A DNA stretch of 45,830 nt from Candidatus Moanibacter sp. (GCA_965215885.1 CBDCEW010000030.1:1-45830); one strand, 5' to 3'; positions 19,293 to 28,745 are shown, counted from the stretch's first letter. A program made the numbers and translations. The notes: generated from the letters alone by a model not told the origin.

Positions 19293-20291
19293 ATGACAAA
19301 AGAGAAAGTCTGGGTGATGCGTAACTTTCACGATCGGTCTATCTACGATAGGCTGACTGAGCACTTCGAAGTTGACGTATGGGACAGCCATCAATCTCCG
19401 CCCCACGACGTTATCATGCAGAAGGCAAACGAATGCGTGGCATTCTTGCCTGAGGGGATCGACACCATCAACGCAGAGGTTCTTGATCAGGCCCGTCGGC
19501 TCAAGATAATAGCCGACCGCGCCGTGGGGACGGATAACGTGGATATCGAAGCCGCCACTAGAAACGGCATCGTCTTGACCAACACTCCCGGAATCCTGCA
19601 GGACGCCTGCGCGGACATGACTTTCGCTCTGCTGCTCGACGCAGCTCGACGGGTTTCATTCTCTGACCGCTCGATCAGGGCGGGGAAGTGGACTTTCTTC
19701 GACCAGACTCCCTACCTGGGTCTGGACGCCCACCACACAACCCTGGGAATTTTCGGATTCGGCGGAATCGGGCAAAAGGTTGCGCGCCGGGCAATCGGAT
19801 TCGATATGCGCGTGATCTACTGTTCGAGAACCCGAAGAACCGCTTTGGAAAAGGAACTGGGCGTCGAGTGGATGCCGGATTTGCCTTCGCTCCTCCGAGA
19901 GTCGGACTATGTATCGTTCCACTGTCCACTGACTGAGGAGACGCGGCAGATCATGGGCGCCGAGCAATTCAAGATGATGAAACCGAACGCAGTGTTCATC
20001 AATATGGCACGCGGCGCCGTAGTCGACCAACAGGCACTCTTCGAGGCACTTGCAGCCGGAACCATCAAGCGGGCGGCCATTGATGTAACCGACCCTGAAC
20101 CGATACCGATGGATGACCCACTGCTCACCTTGGACAATGTCACGATCACCGCCCACATCGGGAGCGCCAGTGAGACTGCCTTCAGGGGCATGGGTCTCAT
20201 GGCAGCCGATAGTATCATCGCCCTGCTCCACGGCCATTCGTGGGAGAACATCGTAAATCCGGAAGCCCTCCAACATCAACTGAAACGATAA
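19293..20291 (+). CDS. D-2-hydroxyacid dehydrogenase (glyoxylate reductase/D-glycerate dehydrogenase-like)
   Basis: AVGTDNVD, TNTPG, GIFGFGGIG, FINMARGAVVD, DVTDPEP, HIGSA. Confidence 0.93.
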   Translation: MTKEKVWVMRNFHDRSIYDRLTEHFEVDVWDSHQSPPHDVIMQKANECVAFLPEGIDTINAEVLDQARRLKIIADRAVGTDNVDIEAATRNGIVLTNTPGILQDACADMTFALLLDAARRVSFSDRSIRAGKWTFFDQTPYLGLDAHHTTLGIFGFGGIGQKVARRAIGFDMRVIYCSRTRRTALEKELGVEWMPDLPSLLRESDYVSFHCPLTEETRQIMGAEQFKMMKPNAVFINMARGAVVDQQALFEALAAGTIKRAAIDVTDPEPIPMDDPLLTLDNVTITAHIGSASETAFRGMGLMAADSIIALLHGHSWENIVNPEALQHQLKR

Positions 20292-20380
20292 AGTAAACCG
20301 CTTGCGCCAAGGCCATGTAATGGCAAAATGAAAATCGAAATGTTGATTGTCAACGGCTTACGAACACGACTGTCAAACAT

Positions 20381-20820
20381 CTATTCGGGTAGCTCAATTA
20401 ATCCGTGCAAGAGCAAATTCGCCGCGGCGATGTCCAATGCGTGGGGTTCAAACTTGAGAATGTCCTCTTTCGAACCGGCCACGATTAAAGGATCCTCCAA
20501 TTCAAATCGACGGAGGGTCTGTTTACTTGAAAAGTTGGACTGGGTGGAGTAGCGTATGGAAATGTCGGCGGACTTTTCGGGCCGTTCGAGGAGGAAAAGC
20601 GTGCCCTTGTACAGTGCCCAGAGATACCTTTTGACCAGATCGGGCCTGTTTTCGAACACCTCTCTTGTCACGACCGACGTAACGGCGTATTGGGGCAAAA
20701 GATAATCCTGAGTGCGGAGATAGATCCAGTTGAAGTAGCCGGCCTGTTCGAGGAGGCGCGGCTGGTTGCTTATCCAGGCCGGTTGAAAGTCGATCCGTCC
20801 TGCTATAAGCGCTTCCGGGC
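20381..20820 (-). pseudogene. C-terminal remnant of an NMT1/THI5 (NitT/TauT)-type substrate-binding protein
   Basis: The frame of the 105-aa ORF extends upstream: PEALIAGRIDFQPAWISNQPRLLEQAG...QYAVTSVVTREVFENRPDLVKRYLWALYKG. No N-terminus; fused to a Gfo remnant near 20820. Confidence 0.65.
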
Positions 20821-21552
20821 TGTCTCCAACCCGCCGTTCGTAGACGCACCTGATGAGAGCAGGAGATTCACGACCCGCCCGTCATCGTAGAGGAAGTTGG
20901 CCACCCCGGAACCGCTCCACGACCTGTGATAGGAGAACCGGTTTGGCCTGCCCTCCAGCATCAGCATCAGGGATACGGGATGGAACAGGTGGTCGATAAA
21001 ATCTCAGGCCTCCTCGCTCCCGGTCCCCGCAGCGTATCGGGTGATCTGCGCCGGTTCGGGGATTTGCTGAGGGTACTGGATCTGGACCATCGAAACCCGG
21101 CCGAAAGTTGAACCGTCCTTGAGCTCCCTGGCCTTCTGGTTGGCCGGGGCGAACATCTTCTTGAACCCGAATCCCAGAGTGAGGCCCTTCTCTTTCGCGG
21201 CCATGTAAAGCGGTCGATACTCTTCCAGTGAGCGTGCCACCGGCTTCTCAAGCCAGACGTGGGCGTCCGCCTCGAGGCAGGCAAGCGCTGGATCGACATA
21301 CCGGGGCAGGCCATCGTCGCCATACCCCGTAATGATGAATACCGCGTCAAGGGCTTCCGACGACAGCATCTTCTCATAGTCGGTGTAGACCTCCCGAGCG
21401 CCAAACTGCCGTGCGAACAGCTTCGCCTTCTCCTCTGTTCGGCAGCAGATGGCAGCCAGGTCTACCGGCAGAAACTGCAATGTGGCGTAGATGTCCCGGT
21501 AGGCGTGCGACCCGCACCCGATGAATCCGATCTTCAGGGGTTCTTCATCCAC
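20821..21552 (-). pseudogene. Gfo/Idh/MocA oxidoreductase pseudogene
   Basis: LKIGFIGCGSHA and VWLEKPVA. In-frame TGA at 21006-21004, after which the frame continues DFIDHLFHPVSLM...GVANFLYDDGRVV...GGLET and is then cut by a deletion. Confidence 0.8.
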
Positions 21553-21594
21553 GACCTGCCCGCGATAAGTCCAATCTCACTCTTCGATCATCCC

Positions 21595-21693
21595 TGGTGA
21601 TTCATTGCGAGACCATGCTTGTACTGCTCCGAGAAGGCGAGAAGAATGTGAGATTCCCCTTCGCGCGGTCCCGGACCGCGTGAAGGGGACGCG
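21595..21693. repeat. ~100-bp hairpin repeat, copy 3
   Basis: Same consensus as copies 1 and 2, with one G-T pair in the stem. Confidence 0.8.
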
Positions 21694-21826
21694 GTCGAGA
21701 TTTGCGCGACGCAGGAGCTCCGAATGTGCCTAGAGGCGAGGCTAAGACCTTGGGAAGGAAGATATTGACTGCCTGGGTATCCTCAGCTAATTCCAATTGT
21801 GCGAAAGTTGAGGGAGGACTTAGGAG

Positions 21827-22021
21827 ATGAGACTGAAATGTGAGGAATGCGGAAAAATTATCACCACCGACACGGAAAAGTGCCCTTATTGCGACGGTGA
21901 ACTGGCAGAGATGCCCGCGATAAGTCCAAAGTTTCTGATCTGGTTTTGCGTGATTTTTATCGTATTTATCGTGGGTCTGAAATTCGCGCTCGATATTTAC
22001 AATGATTCGCTTGCGCCGTAA
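21827..22021 (+). CDS. Zinc-ribbon membrane protein
   Basis: CEECG...CPYCD followed by one TM helix; GGAG RBS upstream. Confidence 0.7.
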   Translation: MRLKCEECGKIITTDTEKCPYCDGELAEMPAISPKFLIWFCVIFIVFIVGLKFALDIYNDSLAP

Positions 22022-22039
22022 CCCGCGAAAAATCCAGAG

Positions 22040-22786
22040 TTGAGAATGGGATTCGTGCCGGGTGGAGACATTTCGTACTCAATAATCGGTTGGGCGATGG
22101 TTGCGACTTCGCTCTTTTTCGTTCCTGCGGGTTTTTACTACCGGAGGTTGGCGCGGAAATTGACACGTTTGGAAATGAGAAAAGTCACGGACCTTGGTCT
22201 TGGACTGGCGAAGGTTCGGGGGCGAATTTTTCCTTTTGAAGCCACCCTGAAGAGCCCGGCACGGAAGCTCGATTGCCTGTGCTACCGGTTTGTCTTTGAT
22301 AAATACGACAAGTCGGGACAGTACTCTGGATGGCGAAATATGGTAGACGATACAACGGCGATTCTCAGCGGCTTGGAAGACGATACCGGTATTGCGGAAG
22401 TAGACCTGAACAAGGTCAAACTGCAATTGACTCATGAGTTTGTCTGCGAATCCGAGGAGGGGACGATTTCACCGGACGAGATCCGAGAACTCCTGCGGGA
22501 GGTTTACGATCTACCGAAGAAAGGTCACTTTCGGGGCCGTTGGCGCCTTACCGAATCGGTTCTGGAACCGGATAGCCGCGTTCTTGTTGTAGGCGAAGTG
22601 ACACAGGGCGTGGAAACTAAATGGCGGGTGAAAAAAGGTAGGGGCGAATACTTGGTCACCGACAACGATGACGAAGGGCTCAAGAAAATTTACACCGAGC
22701 GGGCTCGTGGGTGGGTAGTCGGTTCAATTTCACTAATGTTTGCCGGCATCTGTGTCATCGCAGTCTGCCGATATTTGGGAATATAA
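22040..22786 (+). CDS. GIDE-domain-like membrane protein
   Basis: TM - soluble domain - TM. LKSP....CLCYRF, LEDDTGIAEVD and RWRLTESVLEPDSRVLVVG resemble the GIDE domain. Confidence 0.65.
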   Translation: MRMGFVPGGDISYSIIGWAMVATSLFFVPAGFYYRRLARKLTRLEMRKVTDLGLGLAKVRGRIFPFEATLKSPARKLDCLCYRFVFDKYDKSGQYSGWRNMVDDTTAILSGLEDDTGIAEVDLNKVKLQLTHEFVCESEEGTISPDEIRELLREVYDLPKKGHFRGRWRLTESVLEPDSRVLVVGEVTQGVETKWRVKKGRGEYLVTDNDDEGLKKIYTERARGWVVGSISLMFAGICVIAVCRYLGI

Positions 22787-22974
22787 CGGGGAGTTTACGG
22801 CATTCGGCGCCGACCGGTCGTCTGTCCTTAAGCCGAAATTCCTCACAGGTCTCGCTGCCGCGTAGAATGGCGATCGCTCCCCAAACGGTTTGGTTATGTA
22901 TCGGCGTCATCGGCAGGAATCGCGAGGTGAGCGGGTCGGTGTGATAATCGGGAAATCGGGAGGAGTCCAGGTTT

Positions 22975-23222
22975 TCATGATATGGGAACAGACCGTGCAG
23001 GAAGCGGCACTCGGCGAAAAGCGCCGCCCAAGTCTAAGACATGCCGAAAGTCAGGCTCGAATTTCAACTTCAAATCGAAGTTTTTGACGAGGTTGGCCAG
23101 TATGACAGGCGCATGCACTCGTGTCACATTCATGCCTAAACAGACGTAGGTGCCTCCCCCAAAGGTTCCGTGCCCCTTCTTAGGGTAATCCTCCCCATCG
23201 AGCCAGCGTTGAGGTTTGAAGG
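22975..23222 (-). pseudogene. 3' remnant of a second cytochrome P450
   Basis: Aligns to 14765-15009: FKPQRWLDGEDYPKKGHGTFGGGTYVCLGMNVTRVHAPVILANLVKNF...; many synonymous changes and one extra codon. Cut off at the RAYT 5' flank. Confidence 0.88.
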
Positions 23223-23322
23223 GAAGGGGGGAAAGGGGTTCCCTACGGTCGTCGCAAAGGGGAAAAAGGGTCGGGGGTTAATTATTGACTAATCCTATCG
23301 AAAGACCTTTAATCTCGTTCCC

Positions 23323-24303
23323 ATGCCAAGATCGCTTCGCTTTGAATACGCGGGTGCTGTATACCACGGTATAAACCGGGGTAACTACCGCAACTGGATC
23401 TTCGAGAGCGAGGGATCCAAAGACTCGTTTCAGAAATGCCTTTTCGAGGCGTGCGAGAGGGCTGGCTGGATTTTGCATGCCTATTGCATTATGGGAAATC
23501 ACTACCACCTGGCCCTGGAGACGCCGGAACCGAACTTGAGCGTGGGCATGAAGTGGCTTCAGGGTGTGTTCGCGGCTCGCTACAATCGCTTTCGGAAGGA
23601 ACGCGGAGCTCTCTTCCAGGGTCGTTTCAAGAGTATTCTGTTGGAGGAGGATCGCCTGGGCGCGCTGTGCTCCTACATTCATCTGAATCCGATCCGGGCA
23701 AGGATATGCAGCGTTCGCGGATTGAGGGACTATCGGTTCAGCAGCTATTGGAATTTGCGGCGGCCCCGGAGCCGTCCCCCGTTCATGGACTTGTCGACGG
23801 CACTCGAAGGCGCCGGAGGGCTATCTGACACGGCCTACGGTCGTCGCAAGTACGAGGAGTATCTGGAGTGGTTGAATAGGGATGAGGGAGCTCGAAAAAA
23901 GTTGAAATTCGATCGCATGAGTCGCGGCTGGGCCTTGGGGACGAAGGCGTTCAAAAGAACGGTTGTGGAGGCCGAGAAGCGAAGGAAGGCCGATCTGTTT
24001 ACTGGGGAGAAAGATCACGCCGAGGTGAGAGAGATTCTTTGGGAGATGGAGTTGAAGAAGTGCCTGCGCCTCCTGGGCAAAGGGGAGAGGGAGGCTCAAA
24101 CCGATCTAAAGTCGGTGGACTGGAAGGTGGCGATTGCCGGAGTTTTGAAAAAGCGTAATCTCAGCGCCAACGGCTGGATAAGCGAACGACTCAACATGGG
24201 AGCCACTTCGGCGGTGAGCCGGAACGTCGCGAGCATGTTTGCCGGAGAGAGGAGATCAGCTCTTCGATGCTACGAGAAGCTGATCTCAAAGATTGATTCC
24301 TGA
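23323..24303 (+). CDS. RAYT-like Y1 HUH transposase with C-terminal extension (326 aa)
   Basis: MPRSLR..YHGINRGN, MGNHYHL (HUH), YNRFRKERGALFQGRFKS, YIHLNP, YRFSSY. C-terminal HTH-like WISERLNMGATSAVSR. Confidence 0.92.
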   Translation: MPRSLRFEYAGAVYHGINRGNYRNWIFESEGSKDSFQKCLFEACERAGWILHAYCIMGNHYHLALETPEPNLSVGMKWLQGVFAARYNRFRKERGALFQGRFKSILLEEDRLGALCSYIHLNPIRARICSVRGLRDYRFSSYWNLRRPRSRPPFMDLSTALEGAGGLSDTAYGRRKYEEYLEWLNRDEGARKKLKFDRMSRGWALGTKAFKRTVVEAEKRRKADLFTGEKDHAEVREILWEMELKKCLRLLGKGEREAQTDLKSVDWKVAIAGVLKKRNLSANGWISERLNMGATSAVSRNVASMFAGERRSALRCYEKLISKIDS

Positions 24304-24498
24304 CCCGTTTCCGCCGTCCGAAGAAGCAGATATAACCGCGAAGCACGCCGAGAGCGCGGAGTATTGGCAAAAGATGGTGGGCAAGACCATGAAACCCGAC
24401 GGATCATAGTTCGCAGGGTTCTGATTTCGGAAAAAGAGAAATTGCAACGGTCGCCAGATCTACCTGATCGACATCGAGGATATTCTGGAAAGACCGAT

Positions 24499-24656
24499 CT
24501 AGCCCGAACATTTCACAAACCTTCTACTACGATCCCGGCGCGCCGGGACGACCTCAGAGTGGCTCAACACACTGGCGCCCGCTATGCTTCGAAAAGGCAT
24601 TGACACGCAACGATCTACGCCGTCTCGCTACGATGTGTGTGAAATGTCCGGGCTAG
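24499..24656 (+). mobile_element. CTAG-bounded MITE, 158-bp form
   Basis: Same IRs and length as 7824-7981. Confidence 0.8.
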
Positions 24657-24843
24657 GACCGAGAGCAGGATCGAACAATCCGGATTCTGGCGACGACTTA
24701 TAGCCGGGCCTGATAAGCAGCGTTAGGTTCCAATATTTTAATTCCTTCAGCAATGAATCTGAAGTCGACGCCACATCGACCGTGCTTCACTTCACACAAT
24801 TCGGTCTTGCAGCCTTAAGTGTGAGACCCGACATTGGTCAAAG

Positions 24844-26273
24844 ATGATGAGGACGATTGAAACACTTGCTGGGAAAGTTCAAGGAATTGCCCGGATTGAC
24901 GAGCCTGACCTGGTGCAGTTAAACGAAAGGTATCGTGAGTCCCATCGGCAGCGGTACAATATGGCGGGCTATGCGGCCCCCAGATTACCCACCGTGCGCG
25001 TAGGGATTATCGGGCTGGGTAACCGAGGCCCGAGTCACTTGCGTGTATTATGCCGCCTGGAAGGAGTCGAAATCAGAGCCTTGTGCGATCCGCAGGAAAA
25101 TAAAGTCGAAGCGGCCGTCAAGCAGATTGAAAAAACTGACCACACTCCCGCATTGTACGGCGGCGCGAAGGACGAATGGAAGAAGCTGTGCGAACGCAAT
25201 GACATCGATTTGGTAGTCGTGACCACGCCCTACTACCTGCACGCCCCGATGTCCATCTACGCCATGAAACAGGGTAAGCATGTAGCCAGCGAAGTACCTG
25301 CCGCCGGGACAATGGAGGAGTGTTGGGAATTAGTTCAGACGGCGGAAGAGAACAAGAGACATCTGATGATGCTGGAGAACTACGCTTACATGGAGTTTCA
25401 ACTGCTGACGCTGAACATGGCTCGGCAGGGATTCTTCGGCGAAGTGGTTCACGGGGATTGCGCCTACAACACCAGCAAGATGAACAACAACTTCGGCAAG
25501 ACCTTTTACTCGGACATGTGGTGGCTGCGGCAGTACGCAACGAGGCGGGGCAACATCTATCCCACTCACGGTACGCAACGAGGCGGGGCAACATCTATCC
25601 CACTCACGGTCTGGGGCCGGTCAGCCAGATCATGGATATTAACCGGGGCGACCGTCTGGATTACATCGTTTCTGTTGAAACCAAGGATTTCATGATGACA
25701 GAGAAGGTAAGGGAACTGGTCGAAAGTGACTCACACTATCAGGAGTTTGCCGGGGCAGAGTTTCGCGGCAACATGAACACCTGCATTATCCGCACTGTCC
25801 AGGGCCGCACGATCATGCTGCAGCACGACGCCACCTCGCCTTCACCGCATAACCTCATCCACGGAATCTATGGAACCCAAGGGGCTGCACTCTATGATCC
25901 ACCTCCGCCCCGACTATCGACGGGCAATCATAAGTGGGCTCAACCTGAGGAATTCACTGCACTCAAGAAAAAGTATACGCCCGAAATTTTCAGCAGGATG
26001 GGTGAGGTAACTCGAAGCAGCGGTCATGGGGGATCGGATTTGCTCATGGATTGGCATCTGATAGACTGCCTGCGCAACGGCTTGCCGCTTGACCAGGACG
26101 TTTACGACGCGGCGGCCTGGAGTTCTATTGTCCCGCTCAGCCAGTGGTCGGTGCTCAACGGTTCTAATCCTATCGCTATCCCGGATTTCACCGCGGGCGC
26201 CTGGAAAACCAACCAGCGCAACATGGATATCGAACTCGCCCACGGCGGCGCCAACACAAGAGTGATAGAATGA
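24844..26273 (+). pseudogene. GH109-like Gfo/Idh/MocA glycosidase, frameshifted by a 38-bp tandem duplication
   Basis: VGIIGLGNRG, SEVPAA, MMLENYAY, YPTHGLGPV, GHGGSD, DVYDAAAWS. Exact duplication 25533-25570 / 25571-25608 splits the gene into two ORFs. Confidence 0.85.
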
Positions 26274-26329
26274 ATAGAGTTGAGATATCTGTTGAACTTT
26301 GGTGAAGAGCTCATGAAGCACAGACTCCC

Positions 26330-26575
26330 AACCGACCTCTGGAAAGGAGGCCCCGGCGTCGGGCCCCAGCCGTCCCGAGGTCCACTGCCGGAGCAGTCAC
26401 GATCCAGGGAATTGAACAGGCGGTTACCGATAAGGAGGCCGCAAAAAACTGGAGACCTGTTTCCGCCCGCAAAATCCGGGTGGGCATCGCCGGTTATGGT
26501 GTGTGCGGCTTCGTCGCACACCAGTCGGCACTCAAGGACGGCGAACTGATGAAAATTCCGCAGTACTCCCTTTAA
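26330..26575 (+). pseudogene. Gfo/Idh/MocA remnant with in-frame internal deletion
   Basis: Frame absent from the ORF track: NWRPVSARKIRVGIAGYGVCGF is joined near 26512 directly to VAHQSALKDGELMKIPQYSL*. This is a Rossmann start followed by a typical family C-terminus. Confidence 0.7.
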
Positions 26576-26738
26576 GCTACCACGCGACGAAGAAAATATT
26601 GCGCCATGAATCTGTCGGCCTTTAAGCTTCGCAACGCCGCTTTCCCAGATCCTATTCGATCTCGCTGACTCGAACGATTCTTCCGCATCCCAGGAGCGCA
26701 ATATTGATCATGATTCCGCCACCATGACGATCGTTAGG

Positions 26739-26920
26739 CTAGCCCGGACATTTCACACACATCGTAGCGAGAATGCGTAGCTTGCTGCGGATCAAGGCCT
26801 TTTCGCAGTCCGGCGGGTGACAGCGTGTTGAAACCCTCTGAGGTCGCCGGGCAAAGGAAGGCTTTGAGGCGCAGTGAGATCCGCAGTCGCAGCAGAGGGT
26901 TTGTGAAATGTTCGGGCTAG
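26739..26920 (-). mobile_element. CTAG-bounded MITE, 182-bp form (inverted)
   Basis: Reverse complement aligns end to end with 7824-7981 except for one 40-bp vs 16-bp segment. Confidence 0.8.
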
Positions 26921-27100
26921 AGGTCAACGCCGGGTTCGATGAACTGGAAATTTTACCGCAGAGGACGGAATGGATATGACAATATGTCTCAAATCTCAGA
27001 TTCATTTTCTTCCAAGGAATCTGTCGGTCTTATCCGGATCGGAATGTCGATCTGTCACTCCCGGCGTGCCGGGATTAGGAATTCTAAGTCCGACGGATTC

Positions 27101-27646
27101 CTAGACCGCCTCCCTCGCAAAGACTTGATCGTATGCTTCCAAGGCCGCGCCACCCAGTCGCTCCGCCATCTTTCGGTAGGGGATGCGTCGATAGTCCCAG
27201 GTGAGAGTTTTCGATCTCTCTACCTGCTCGAGCCAGTCGCAGAGGTGGACCCTGAGGAGATCCTCAAAGTCGTCGCGCGATAACTCGATTTCCCCGCCCG
27301 TTATCCGATCCTTCAATCGATGTAGATTCGACTCGCGATCGATCTGGCAGTCGAGTGAATCGCGGTCCATCGCGCTGTTGGCATAGGCGATACGCTCAGC
27401 GCGCTCACCTATCAATTGCCGCAACTCCTCTCTCCGGTCGAGAGGGAGGGTGAAATCCTGAAAAGTATCAGTTCCGTAAATCGAGTGGAACAGTGCGGCG
27501 CGGCAGATTTCGTCGTCCGCTCCCCATCCTTTCATATCCCTGTAAACACCGATGGCATGGGCGAGATAAGTCCCTTCGGTATGTTCAATCCGGGCAGCGC
27601 CCAATCCGACGATATAGTTAGTCAGTTTCTTCAATGGTACATTCAT
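27101..27646 (-). CDS. DUF6817-like (HD-like) protein
   Basis: HTEGTYLAHAIGV...CRAALFHSIYGTDTF..REELRQLIGERAERIAY...CDWLEQ. Confidence 0.75.
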   Translation of the reverse strand: MNVPLKKLTNYIVGLGAARIEHTEGTYLAHAIGVYRDMKGWGADDEICRAALFHSIYGTDTFQDFTLPLDRREELRQLIGERAERIAYANSAMDRDSLDCQIDRESNLHRLKDRITGGEIELSRDDFEDLLRVHLCDWLEQVERSKTLTWDYRRIPYRKMAERLGGAALEAYDQVFAREAV

Positions 27647-27739
27647 GTATTCCTGATCACGATATTTGCAAACCCTGTTGATACGCCCGCCTTTTGTCTG
27701 TGGATCATCGTTGAACCAGTCTTCAAGTAAACCTCATAG

Positions 27740-28318
27740 TCAAACCTGCAAGACGGCCCGCATTTCAGCGGAACGCCCGAGCAATTCTTCTAACCCCCCC
27801 TCGTCAATGATGCGACCCTCTTTCACAAGCAGGACCCGGTCAGCACGTTGCAGAATCGCCTTGCGGTGGGAAACAACGAGAAATGTAGACTCGGTGGCAG
27901 CCAATACGCGTTCCCACAGTATTTGCTCAGTCTTCACATCCAAAGCGCTTGATAGGTCATCCAGAATCATCAGCTCGGTCCCACGCACCAACATGCAGGC
28001 AGCCGCGGCGCGCTGAATCTGCCCGCCTGAGAGCTTGGTGCCTTTCGGCCCGATGACCGTTTCGATACCGTCGGGCCAGGCCTCGAGGTCTTCATCCATT
28101 ACGGTCGCTGATACGACTTCCTCTAAATCCATATTTTCAGGAGCTCCCATAAGCAGATTTTCACGCAACGTACTGCTAAAGAGCCGCATGCTTTGCGGAT
28201 TCACAATCTGGAAACCGATCGCACCGAACAGAAGCACGGCCAACCCCAGGACTCTTGGCCAATGGGGGAGCAGGTACTCGCGCAACCATTCGCGGTACAT
28301 ATTTAAGCGAACTTCCAT
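27740..28318 (-). pseudogene. ABC exporter remnant (start of TM domain fused in frame to end of an NBD)
   Basis: YLLPHWPRVLGLAVLLFGAIGFQIVNPQSMR is joined near 28184 to LFSSTLRENL...LSGGQIQR..MILDDLSSALD..VSH. Walker A and most TM helices are absent. Confidence 0.85.
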
Positions 28319-28745
28319 TTTTTCTCAGGGAGACTCCGGCGGATATCTATTCGGAATTTGCAATATCAAGGTTTAGTCTCCCATAGGTTCGTGTAGGAAG
28401 ACAATGAGAAGGAGTTTCTAACATCGAGATCGAAAGTCGAATGGAAGAGAGGATCGACAGGAGATCACGATTGAGAGTCACGATGGGAGAGGGAGAGATA
28501 GCAACGAATGAATGAAGGGCAACGAAAAGGAGAAGGGGATGGGAGAGAAAAGGAGAGACGGGGACACGGAGATCCGCCTTCGTTTCATTTCCCTCACTAC
28601 GCCGTGACGAGTGGGGAGAGTTGGAACCCGCTAGATCTACTGTCGTGCATCATAATCCATTCGACCGGCTCATGGCAGGCTGTGATCCGAATTCTAAAGA
28701 ATAGAAGGTCGACAAGAATGCGAGGAAATCGAAATGTAGGAGGCT

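Noticed and set aside
21004..21006. In-frame TGA as selenocysteine or recoding
   Set aside because: Not a Cys-type position, the gene is also truncated downstream, and TGA is a normal stop elsewhere in the window. A nonsense mutation is simpler.
17042..21693. 100-bp repeats as integron attC sites
   Set aside because: No RYYYAAC/GTTRRRY core pair, the hairpin covers only one end, and there is no integrase in the window.
25533..25608. 38-bp repeat pair as a CRISPR array
   Set aside because: Adjacent copies with no spacer, inside a coding sequence; no cas genes.
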